Positions 8,994 through 18,200 of a stretch of DNA of 64,000 bases are shown piece by piece. Positions within the stretch are counted from its first letter, which is position 1. Each line of letters starts with the position of its first letter. The notes under the pieces were generated by a model. That model saw only the letters and a list, made by a program, of their open reading frames with translations, searched no databases and was not told where the DNA came from. Origin of the DNA: Nitrospirota bacterium (GTDB taxonomy: Bacteria > Nitrospirota > Thermodesulfovibrionia > UBA6902). The stretch is from assembly GCA_016222905.1 (NCBI GenBank), contig JACRPZ010000005.1:142-64141 (forward strand), in the 5' to 3' direction. The position numbers and the translations under genes are program-made.

Positions 8994-10127
8994 ATGGCCA
9001 TCTTCTTAGTAAGCTTCATCCTCATATATGGCGGCATTCACCTCTACGCATTCCTTAAGGTAAAAGCCGCGCTTCTGCCCGGCAAAATGGCTCAGCGGCT
9101 CACGGCTTTCTTTCTCATCGCAATGATCTCAGCGCCCTTCTTCGTCCGCCTTTACGAAAAGAACGGACTTGAAACCTTCGCCTATCTGACAGCACACGTG
9201 GGATTCATCTGGATGGGCATCATATTCCTCTTCTTCATATATGGAGTGCTTATAGATTTCTGGCGCTTTTTAATCTTCACAGCCGGAATTGTGCTAAAAA
9301 AGAATTTCCTCGCACTACGGCCTTCCCCAAAGTTCGCATTCTTCATACCTCTGATCATCTCTATGGCGGTCACGTCTTACGGTTATTTTGAGGCGATGGA
9401 TGTTAAGACGGAGCGCCTGACGATCAGTTCAGCAAAGATACCTCCTGAGGCGGGCAGGATAAAGATAGTGCAGATATCCGATGTCCATCTCGGGCACATC
9501 GTCCGGGAGGCAAGGCTAAAAAATATACTCGATAAAGTTAAGACGGAAAAACCCGACATCTTCATATCAACCGGCGATTTGGTTGACGGCCAGCGGAGCG
9601 AGCTTAACGCTCTCTCAAACCTCTTCAGGGAGATAAATCCGCGATATGGAAAGTTCGCCATAACAGGCAATCATGAATATTACGCGGGACTGGAACAGTC
9701 GCTTGAGTTTACCGAAAAAGCCGGATTCAGGATCTTGAGGGGCGAGGGGCTTACGGTAGGCATTATTAATATAGCAGGTGTTGATGATCAGGCTGGCATC
9801 AGTTCTGGCACTACAAAGAGCGTCAACGAAAAAGAGATGCTCTCAAGACTGCCTAAAGACAAATTCACACTCTTTCTCAAACATAGACCGCTTATTGTTG
9901 AGGATTTAAACGGCCTCTTTGACCTACAGTTGTCAGGTCATGCCCATAAAGGACAGATATTCCCGTTCAACTTTTTCGTCGGCAGGTTCTTTCCTTTTAT
10001 AAGCGGATATCATAAGATAACCGACAAATCTTCAATTTACATAAGCAGGGGGTCAGGCACATGGGGGCCTCCGATACGATTCCTCTCCCAGCCTGAAGTG
10101 ACGGTTATAGAACTGGTAAATAAATAG
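8994..10127 (+). CDS. Membrane-anchored calcineurin-like metallophosphoesterase (paralog 1)
   Basis: Four N-terminal TM helices, then metallophosphoesterase motifs DVHLG, GDLVD, GNHEYY, GHAHKGQ. Confidence 0.8.
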   Translation: MAIFLVSFILIYGGIHLYAFLKVKAALLPGKMAQRLTAFFLIAMISAPFFVRLYEKNGLETFAYLTAHVGFIWMGIIFLFFIYGVLIDFWRFLIFTAGIVLKKNFLALRPSPKFAFFIPLIISMAVTSYGYFEAMDVKTERLTISSAKIPPEAGRIKIVQISDVHLGHIVREARLKNILDKVKTEKPDIFISTGDLVDGQRSELNALSNLFREINPRYGKFAITGNHEYYAGLEQSLEFTEKAGFRILRGEGLTVGIINIAGVDDQAGISSGTTKSVNEKEMLSRLPKDKFTLFLKHRPLIVEDLNGLFDLQLSGHAHKGQIFPFNFFVGRFFPFISGYHKITDKSSIYISRGSGTWGPPIRFLSQPEVTVIELVNK

Positions 10128-10136
10128 CCGATAGTG

Positions 10137-10664
10137 TTAATCGGGCGACAGGTCCGCTTCGAGATTCAGATTGATCCGAACATCTTTGCCCACCATTATT
10201 CCATCTTCCATGAGTTGGTTCCATGTCATGCCGAAGTCTTCGCGATTCAGGTTTGTTGACGCGTTAAATCCTATACAGGTCTCGCCAAAAGGACTTTTTA
10301 TGGGACCGAGGTATTCAAAGTCTAAAGTTATTTGACGGGTAATCCCGTGAATGCTTAAATCGCCTGAAACCTTACCATTACTGAAACCCGTCTTTTCCGA
10401 ATTTTTGCTTTTGAAGATGATCTCAGGAAATTTATCGCTGTGAAAAAAATCTTCGCTTCGGAGGTGCTCATCACGCTTGCTTATTCCTGTAAAGAGACTC
10501 GATACTTCGATCTTTAATTCCGCGGAGAGATTTTTTATATTACCAGTGTCAAATTCAATTGTGCCTGATATCTTATTGAACTGGCCGTGTACATGAGTTA
10601 TCATCATATGCCGGATGGCAAAAGCTGCTACAGAGTGGTCAGGGTCGATTCTCCATTTAGCCAT
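10137..10664 (-). CDS. YceI-family protein
   Basis: WRIDPDHSVAAFAIRHMMITHVHGQF matches the YceI N-terminal signature. Confidence 0.85.
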   Translation of the reverse strand: MAKWRIDPDHSVAAFAIRHMMITHVHGQFNKISGTIEFDTGNIKNLSAELKIEVSSLFTGISKRDEHLRSEDFFHSDKFPEIIFKSKNSEKTGFSNGKVSGDLSIHGITRQITLDFEYLGPIKSPFGETCIGFNASTNLNREDFGMTWNQLMEDGIMVGKDVRINLNLEADLSPD

Positions 10665-10705
10665 AATTTAATCTTTCTTTTTTTCTTCTTCTTGCTTTGG
10701 CATAA

Positions 10706-11764
10706 TCAGGCAGGCCGCCCATCTATTAAATAACATTGTGGGTCTTCCGCAAGATAATCGCTTTGCCCGACTATTTTTGAATAAGCAAAAGCGATGGCTC
10801 TGCAGCCCCTGCAATCCGCCCATCTTTGACAGCTTCCGCATTTCCCCTTATATCTCTTTTTGTCCCGCAGGGCCTGCAAAACTTCGGAAGTGGCCCATAC
10901 CTCTCTTAATGAGTCTCGCCGTATATTGCCTATGGAAATCTCCAACCTTCTGCATGGAAGAAGGGTACCGTCAGAAAGAATGGTGATACCTGATACGCCT
11001 GCCGCGCATCCACCTGAAGGTATGGCGCTGTCATCTCTTTCATATATTTTCGCTATCGATTGTGAAGCAACAGGATCACCCGTGACTATTTCAAGTCCGC
11101 CGGATTCCATGAAAAATATTTTTTTATAAAGCTCTTCCACAGACTCCGTACCCAGCATCTTTTCGGCTATGTCCTTTCCCCTGCCTGCAGGAACGAGTCT
11201 TGAAAAACCGACTCTCTGCACACCAAGGCCAGATGCCAACCGGAGAATGTCCATAAAATGATCCGCGTTTAATTTTGAGAGCGTAACATTCAGTGTCACT
11301 TTCAAACCTGTATCAAGCAGATTTTTAACCCCTCTTACAGAAGCCGCATAACTGCCTTTGCCCCTTATTGTGTCATGCACCTGTTCAGGCCCTTCAATGC
11401 TTACCTGGACGCCTTTTATCCCGGCGGACGCGAGCCGTTCTGCCGCCTCTTTATCAATAAGAGTACCGTTAGTAAGCAGGAACATATCAAATTTATGTTC
11501 AGATATTTCATTGAGAATTTGAAAGAGGTCGCCGCGTAACAAAGGCTCTCCTCCGGTTATGTTGAAGCTTGATGAAAAGTCTATGCCGTAGATCTCTTTC
11601 CATATGTTTATCGTCTCTGATATTTCATCAAGCGCCTCTTTCACTTCAGGGAAAGACATTTCACTTCTTCTGCCATCTGTCTGGTAGCAATGTTTACAGG
11701 AGAGATTGCATCTTTCGGTAAGATGCCACTGTATGAAGAAATCAAAGATATGATTGATAGACAT
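10706..11764 (-). CDS. Radical SAM/SPASM-domain protein (peptide-maturase-like)
   Basis: CNLSCKHC (Cx3Cx2C) radical SAM cluster motif near the N-terminus, and a C-terminal SPASM motif CGSCQRWADCRGC with additional Cys (GGCAAG...PC). Confidence 0.9.
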   Translation of the reverse strand: MSINHIFDFFIQWHLTERCNLSCKHCYQTDGRRSEMSFPEVKEALDEISETINIWKEIYGIDFSSSFNITGGEPLLRGDLFQILNEISEHKFDMFLLTNGTLIDKEAAERLASAGIKGVQVSIEGPEQVHDTIRGKGSYAASVRGVKNLLDTGLKVTLNVTLSKLNADHFMDILRLASGLGVQRVGFSRLVPAGRGKDIAEKMLGTESVEELYKKIFFMESGGLEIVTGDPVASQSIAKIYERDDSAIPSGGCAAGVSGITILSDGTLLPCRRLEISIGNIRRDSLREVWATSEVLQALRDKKRYKGKCGSCQRWADCRGCRAIAFAYSKIVGQSDYLAEDPQCYLIDGRPA

Positions 11765-11798
11765 AATAAAATGTAGAACAGGTCAGGGCATGATTATT

Positions 11799-11863
11799 AA
11801 AAAACAGATATGGCAGAATCCTTTCAGTTTTAATGATAACGCTGTAAGGTTCCGCCATATCTG
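11799..11863 (-). terminator. Intrinsic terminator/attenuator between the small ORF and the rSAM gene
   Basis: On the minus strand, CAGATATGGCGGAA...TTCTGCCATATCTG forms a 14-bp stem with one G-U pair, followed by TTTTTT. Confidence 0.5.
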
Positions 11864-11909
11864 TCTGCCTTAGTTGCTGGACCAGCAACTATTAACTCTT
11901 TCAGCCCTT

Positions 11910-12014
11910 TCACTTGCGGCATACCTTGCCAGGATTCTCCTTGTCTGTCTTCTTCAGACTTTCCCAGAAGGCAGCCTCTTTCTGAAGCGCTTCTTTACTA
12001 AAGGGTTTCTTCAT
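11910..12014 (-). CDS. Small ORF (34 aa, MKKPFSKEALQKEAAFWESLKKTDKENPGKVCRK), candidate precursor peptide
   Basis: Strong Shine-Dalgarno GGAAAGGAGGTGA 6 nt upstream of the ATG. Same strand as, and immediately upstream of, the rSAM/SPASM gene. Not in the supplied ORF track, which omits ORFs under 60 aa. Confidence 0.4.
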   Translation of the reverse strand: MKKPFSKEALQKEAAFWESLKKTDKENPGKVCRK

Positions 12015-12114
12015 CCTGTCCTCACCTCCTTTCCTTGTGACAACTGCCATAATTCAATCATATCAATTACCGTAACAGTAAACAAGGGGTGTATAAGTAG
12101 AAAGAGGCGCGGGG

Positions 12115-12666
12115 TTATTTTATCCTTTTGGAAATCGTTTTAAATTCAGGGGTTCCGGCCTTTTCAAGGAGTTGAAACAAAACTGTCTCAGCGCAGGTTA
12201 TCACAGCTCCGGCATCACGCATCAATTCCATACCTGTCAGATAATCATCCTTCTTTCTTGAGCATATGGCATCGCTCACAAGATGAACGAGATATTTCTC
12301 TTTCAGCAAACTTAAACATGTCTGCAAAACGCAAACATGCGTCTCCATGCCAGTGAGGATGACCTGATTCCTCTTCAGAGAGGCTACATTCTCAAGAAAG
12401 CCGTTGCCTTTACAGCAGTCGAACGTAACCTTCTCAAGCGGTTCATATGAGGGGAGGGCTTCCTTAATTTCATTAATTGTATGCCCAAGACCCTTTGGAT
12501 ACTGTTCTGTAACAATGACAGGGATGTTTAAAAGTTTTGCGGCTTCAATAAGATGAAGGCAGTTATTGACCACCTTCTCTTTTTGTTTCATGACAACAGC
12601 GAGTTTCTCCTGTATGTCCACGATGACGAGAACAGAGTTGTCTTTATCGAGGATGAATTTGTCCAT
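12115..12666 (-). CDS. Isochorismatase-family hydrolase (YcaC-like)
   Basis: VLVIVDIQ...CVLQT segments typical of the isochorismatase fold. Start chosen at the Met preceding the conserved core. Confidence 0.8.
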   Translation of the reverse strand: MDKFILDKDNSVLVIVDIQEKLAVVMKQKEKVVNNCLHLIEAAKLLNIPVIVTEQYPKGLGHTINEIKEALPSYEPLEKVTFDCCKGNGFLENVASLKRNQVILTGMETHVCVLQTCLSLLKEKYLVHLVSDAICSRKKDDYLTGMELMRDAGAVITCAETVLFQLLEKAGTPEFKTISKRIK

Positions 12667-13113
12667 GTGGAAATATAATATCAAATCTATAGCAATTCTG
12701 TTGTATAACACTTATAAGGCCCCTGTATGTCAAGAGACAAATGACACCTAATCAGAAATAAGAAATAAAGAATTCCATTTCCATATTTTTTAAAGACTGC
12801 CAGTCAGTTCTGACTTGATTTCAAAAACGGCGTCAGATTAATATCTGCACCAAACACTTATCGCGGTTCAATAGTCATGAGAAAGAGAACTGTTTTCACA
12901 ATCTTTATCCCTGACGACAGCGGAGGGATCAATCGCCCTTGTTCTCCACGACCTGGAAACAATTTGATACCCTTATGCCGTCCTAATCACAAGTATGGTT
13001 CATCCCGACTGTTCGGGATCGTCCAGTTAATATCAGGCTCGGGTAAGGGGCAGAACCCGTACAATCTCTTATATGTTATGAGGAACCGGATGTCATAATA
13101 CTCTCCTCTTATC

Positions 13114-13153
13114 TGCATGTTTTTTCGGTAACATGCAGATAAGAGTCAACGAT
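13114..13153. promoter_or_regulatory. Perfect 16-bp inverted repeat (CTCTTATCTGCATGTT-N8-AACATGCAGATAAGAG) in the tetR upstream region
   Basis: Read directly. Candidate operator or terminator in the divergent intergenic region. Confidence 0.35.
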
Positions 13154-13221
13154 ATGTCTTATCTTCTCCCTACGGTAACATTTATTGTGAGTCAATTCGC
13201 CTATCCGTCAATATCTTGACA

Positions 13222-13252
13222 AAAAATTAGGCGGTAAATTATACTTACCGGT
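13222..13252. promoter_or_regulatory. Overlapping dyads (CGGTAA-N8-TTACCG; TTACC-GGTA-GGTAA), candidate TetR operator
   Basis: Palindromic elements 35-60 bp upstream of the TetR start. Confidence 0.35.
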
Positions 13253-13284
13253 AGGTAAAACAATTAATTGCGCAAAGAATTTTT

Positions 13285-13914
13285 ATGATAACTAGAAATA
13301 AACGCTCTGCAAAACCTGAAAAGCACGCGGCTCGGGAACGGCTTCTAATTGCTGCCCTTGATATCTTCACAGAAAAAGGATATGCCTCAACCTCAGTACG
13401 GGAGATCGTTGAGGCCGCGAGGGTGACAAAACCGATGCTATATTACTATTTCGGGAACAAAGAAGGCATATATATGGAACTCATGAGGGAACCTTTTAAA
13501 GTTCTTGAGAAGATATTGGTTGAGACCGCGCATGAAGAATTAAGCTCCCGTGAACGCGTGATGCAGATGTATAACCGCATATTCCTCCTCTTCCTCAAAA
13601 ATCTCAAGGCGGCAAGGCTTATGTATTCAATCTATTACGGGCCTCCGCAGGGCGCGCCTTTTATTGACTTTGAGAGTTACCATTTGAAGATAAAAGAGGT
13701 TACGGAGTTAATTGTTAAGGACGGGATTAGAAGCGGCGAATTAAGGGCGGTGAATGCCGATACATTGACATGGGTGTTGATAGGAGCGCTGAACTTCGTG
13801 TTTGAGGAGCAGCTCTGTCACCGCTCTCCGATGATTGACAAAAAAGGACTGGCCGGCATGCTCGATTTAATCTTTGACGGTGTTGCTTCTATAAAATCAA
13901 AAAGGAAAAGGTAA
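13285..13914 (+). CDS. TetR/AcrR-family transcriptional regulator
   Basis: N-terminal HTH AALDIFTEKGYASTSVREIVEAARVTKPMLYYYF. Directly upstream of the RND efflux operon. Confidence 0.85.
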   Translation: MITRNKRSAKPEKHAARERLLIAALDIFTEKGYASTSVREIVEAARVTKPMLYYYFGNKEGIYMELMREPFKVLEKILVETAHEELSSRERVMQMYNRIFLLFLKNLKAARLMYSIYYGPPQGAPFIDFESYHLKIKEVTELIVKDGIRSGELRAVNADTLTWVLIGALNFVFEEQLCHRSPMIDKKGLAGMLDLIFDGVASIKSKRKR

Positions 13915-13965
13915 TTTACTATGCTATTAATCATCAAATATCTTAAAGATAGTTTAATGTTGATA

Positions 13966-14062
13966 TTCCCTCGCCCCTTGAGGGAGAGGGTTAGGGAGAG
14001 GGGTAATTCAATAAGAAAATTCACCCTCCCCTTAATCCCCTCCCCTCAAGGGAGGGGAAATA
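13966..14062 (+). repeat. Repeat family 2 copy 1 (bipartite: half X with G4 motif, then half Y)
   Basis: CCCTCGCCCCTTGAGGGAGAGGGTTAGGGAGAGGGGTAAT ... TCACCCTCCCCTTAATCCCCTCCCCTCAAGGGAGGGGAAAT, matching the copies at 50038 and 52951. Confidence 0.8.
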
Positions 14063-14113
14063 TCATGCGGTCGATAGCCTTTCATGTCTGCAACGATTGG
14101 AATGGAGTTCGCT

Positions 14114-15271
14114 ATGAATAAGAACATACTACTATTTTTTGTATTGCTGACTGCGCTATGGATGTCTGGCTGTTCTTCTAAAAACGCTGACAATAAAAAA
14201 GACGAAAATGCAGGGCCTCCCCCGGTTGCGGTCGAAACCATGAAGGTTGCAGCGGCAGAACTGACCGAAGGTTTGGACGTGGTCGGTTCCCTTACCCCAA
14301 AATTAGAGGCAGAGATAAAGTCACAGATCCCCGGCCTCATAAGCGAGGTTCGTGTTACAGAGTGGGTGAGAGTAAAGAAGAATGATCTGCTGGCCCGGAT
14401 AGATGTGAGTGAGACAGATGGGATGGTAAAAAGGGCTGAGGCCGCGGTTGAATCAGCAAAAGCCGGACTTTTACAGGCGCAGGTTTCTGCCCAGCGCGCA
14501 GAGCGTGACAAGGCGCGTATGCAGCAGCTCATAGAATACGGCCTTGCCACACAGCAGAATTATGACGATGCGGCATCAGAGACAGAGGCCGCGAATGCAG
14601 GCGTTGAAGCAGCGCGCGCCCAGATCAGTGCGGCAGAGGGAGAAGTTCATCAATATCAGGCGCGCCTTGCAAAAGGGCTTATTCTTTCGCCGATGGACGG
14701 GGTTGTTTCCATGCGCGATGTGAATGTTGGCGATCTTGCCAGCGACACAGGAGCGGCCAAAGTGCTCTTTAAGATCGTTGATAACAGGATATTCAACCTT
14801 ACCGTCACAGTCCCATCAGTAGATATGGCTTCCATAAGAATCGGAAATCCTCTGACGTTTACGGTGGACGCGCTTCCCGGTAGGACATTTTCAGGCAAGG
14901 TAATGTACATAAACCCCGCTGTGGATGAAATGGACAGGGCAGTCAAGGTGATCGCTGAAGTTCCCAATGAATCAGGAGAGCTCAAGGGCGGACTTTTCGT
15001 AAAGGGCAGGATTCAGACCGGGATCAGGAAAAATATTATCCAGGTCCCCCGTTCCGCCCTCAGCAGTTTAAATATTGCGGAAAAGAAAGCTGCTTTGTAT
15101 ATTGTAGAAAATGACCTGGCGCATTACAGGGAAGTGGTTACAGGAGCAGTTGCAGGAGATCAGGTTGAGATCGTTTCAGGGCTCAATACCGGAGAATTGC
15201 TGGTTGTACGAGGCGGCTTTAATTTAAAGGACAAAGACAAGGTCATTATCTCCGGCGGACAGGTGAAATAG
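14114..15271 (+). CDS. RND efflux periplasmic adaptor (membrane fusion protein); lipoprotein signal (longest ORF starts 14084)
   Basis: LWMSGCSS lipobox, HlyD/AcrA-like biotin-lipoyl and beta-barrel regions, immediately upstream of the RND permease. Confidence 0.85.
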   Translation: MNKNILLFFVLLTALWMSGCSSKNADNKKDENAGPPPVAVETMKVAAAELTEGLDVVGSLTPKLEAEIKSQIPGLISEVRVTEWVRVKKNDLLARIDVSETDGMVKRAEAAVESAKAGLLQAQVSAQRAERDKARMQQLIEYGLATQQNYDDAASETEAANAGVEAARAQISAAEGEVHQYQARLAKGLILSPMDGVVSMRDVNVGDLASDTGAAKVLFKIVDNRIFNLTVTVPSVDMASIRIGNPLTFTVDALPGRTFSGKVMYINPAVDEMDRAVKVIAEVPNESGELKGGLFVKGRIQTGIRKNIIQVPRSALSSLNIAEKKAALYIVENDLAHYREVVTGAVAGDQVEIVSGLNTGELLVVRGGFNLKDKDKVIISGGQVK

Positions 15272-15274
15272 AGG

Positions 15275-18200
15275 ATGCTGCTTTCAGATCTTTCCATAAA
15301 AAGGCCCATACTTGCAACGGTCATGATGCTGACCCTCGTTGTATTGGGAATATTCTCATACCGCAGGCTCTCCGTTGAAATGTACCCCAATGTAGAGATA
15401 CCGGTTGTCTCGATCGTCACAAAATTCCCCGGCGCATCTCCGGAAAGTGTTGAAAGGGAATTGTCAAAAAAGATCGAGGAGGCGGTAAATCCCATTGCCG
15501 GGGTGAAGCGCGTTATCTCATATTCCCGCGAAGGTGTCTCAACTGTTGTGGTGGAGTTCCGTCTTGAAGAGAAGATAAACGAGGTCGCTCAGGAGACACG
15601 CGCAAAGATAAACGCTGTTCGGGGCGAACTGCCGCAGGGGATAGAAGACCCGATAATACAGAAACTCGATTTCAACGCCATGCCTGTGATCTCGCTTGCG
15701 GTCCGTTCTTCGTCACTCTCAAGCCGCGATCTGACGCTTTTGGTTGAGAAGAAGATAAAGCGCCGTCTTGAAACCGTTTCCGGGGTCGGAAAGGTTTATC
15801 TGGTCGGTTCGGCAAAGAGGGAAGTTAATGTTGTTATAGACCCGATCCGTATAGAGTCTCTCGGCATCGGTGTAGATACAGTAATAAACGGGCTCAAGTC
15901 GGAAAACGTGAATACACCGATGGGAAGGCTGAACCAAGGTAACACAGAGTATCCGCTTCGTATTTCAGGAAAGCCGGACAGGGTGGAAGAGTTCCGCTCT
16001 ATGGTTATAGGTGAACGGGACGGCAGGCCTATAAGGCTTTCAGAAGTTGCTGATGTTGTAGACGGCATTGAAGAGGAGCGTTCCCTTGCGCTGGTAAACG
16101 GTGTTCCGGCAGTGGCGCTCGACATTCAGAAACAGTCCGGCGCGAACATGGTGGAGGTTGTTGACGCGATTATAAAGCGTGTTGCACAGCTTCAGCCTGA
16201 GCTCCCTTCAGGCGTAACACTGGATGTAGTCCGCGACGCATCAACAATGACGCGGGACTCGCTCAGAGACGTGCAGGAGACGATGATCATCGGCGGCATT
16301 CTAACTATCCTTATAGTCTTCTGCTTCATAAACTCATGGCGCTCAACAGTCATCACAGGGCTCACGCTTCCTATATCTGTAATATCATCATTCATTATTA
16401 TGAATGCGTTAGGCATGACGCTGAATATAATGACGCTCATGGCGCTCTCACTTGCAATAGGCCTCCTGATAGATGACGCAATCGTTGTCCGTGAAAATAT
16501 AGTCCGGCATCTTGAAAGAGGGGAAGACCACTTTACTGCAGCGCGCAACGGCACGAGCGAGATCGGGCTCGCAGTCTTTGCCACTACCATGTCTATTCTT
16601 GCGGTATTTGTGCCGGTGGCTTATATGAAGGGTATTGTGGGGCGTTTCTTCTTCTCATTCGGCATCACTGTGGCCTTTGCGGTTGCTGTATCTCTTTTTG
16701 TATCCTTCACTCTTGATCCCATGCTCTCTTCGCGCTGGCATGATCCCTCGATACACAGGGGAGGAAAACGCGGATTCATCTCGCGCATGCTTGACCGCTT
16801 CAATGATTTTTTTGAAATGATAGCTGAGCGTTATCGTCATCTGATAGGCTGGGCTTTGGGACATAGGAAAACAGTTCTCTTCTCTGCGTTGGCCGCCTTT
16901 ATCGCCGGGATTATGATATTCGGCATGCTCGAATCCTCCTTCATGACCAATTTTGACAAGGGTGAATTTCAGGTGAGTTTCAAGACAGCTCCTGACGCAT
17001 CGCTTAACGAGAGCCGCAGCCGTCTAAACGCAATACTTGCAGCGCTCAAAGATATTCCTGAAATAGCTCACACTTATTCAACGGTCGGAGCAGGAGACAG
17101 CGGAACAGTACAGAGCGGAGTGGCCTACATGAAGCTCAAGGAACGCTCTGAAAGAAAAAGGAACCAGGATGCTATCCAGCGGGATGTCCGCGACAGGCTT
17201 CAGCGTATTCCGGGAATTAAGATTTCCATTGAGGAGGCGGGCGGCGTTGGAAGCAGTATTAAACCGCTCGTGGTCAATGTTAGGGGAGAGGATATCGCTT
17301 TATTAAAAAAATATTCAGCCGAGCTGAAAACTGAGATGTTCGGGATCCCCGGTATTGTCGACATTGAAGCGACGTTAGAGAATGACATCCCTGAATACCG
17401 TCTTACAGTGGACAGGGAAAAGGCTGTAAGCGCCGGAATTATGACCGACCGCATCGTCCGCACAGTGAGCGCGCTTGTAGGCGGTGAAGCAGTCTCCACC
17501 TATGAAGACGAGGACGGCGATTCAGTTGACGTGCGGGTCAGGCTGCCTGAGCATCTGCGCCAGGACCCGTCGCAGGTGCAGAACCTGAGGCTTACTGTAC
17601 AGAAGGAAAACCAGCCTTCCGGCCTCATAGCCCTGTCGAACATCGCTTCGTATAATGTTAGCGACTCGCCCTCGGAGATCAACCGGCAGGCCCTCACACG
17701 TGAGGTAGTCATAACTGCCAACCTCGACGGCGTGCCTATCGGGACCGCAGTAAGCAAGGTGCAGAAGGCCGCTGAAAAGATCAAAATGGAGCCCGGCTAT
17801 AAGTTCGTCTTTTCAGGAGAAGCAGAGGACATGGCGGAATCTTTCGGATATATGGGAGAATCTCTTATCCTTGCGGTCATCCTTGTCTATCTCATACTGG
17901 CTGCGCAGTTCGAATCGTTTCTTGAACCGATGGCCATAATGCTTTCTCTGCCCCTTTCCATTGTCGGAATGGCAGGGATGCTTTTCCTGACAGGAGATAC
18001 GATAAATATAATGTCGCTTATTGGGTTGATCATGCTAATGGGTCTGGTCACAAAGAACGCCATTCTCCTTGTGGACTATACAAAGGTGTTGCGGGGACGC
18101 GGCATGGAGAGAAGTGAAGCGGTCGTAACTGCAGGAAGAACAAGGCTCCGGCCTATTCTGATGACAACGCTCGCTATGGTCTTCGGCATGATGCCGCTCG

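Noticed and set aside
11874-12143. 89-aa ORF on the plus strand in the rSAM upstream region
   Set aside because: It is antisense to the SD-equipped 34-aa ORF and to the terminator hairpins. It has poor coding composition and no RBS, so it is probably spurious.
13921-14121. 66-aa ORF (and similar ORFs at 49788-50114 and 52828-53073) translating to ...LPLIPSPQGRG...
   Set aside because: All three lie entirely within copies of repeat family 2. Their peptide similarity only reflects DNA repeat conservation. They have no RBS and are intergenic, so they are not genes.
14032-14550. 172-aa antisense ORF overlapping the RND adaptor gene, and many similar antisense ORFs inside the RND permease, HflX and other large genes
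   Set aside because: They are fully embedded in the opposite strand of genes with clear homology. This is a typical artefact of long ORFs in GC-skewed coding DNA.
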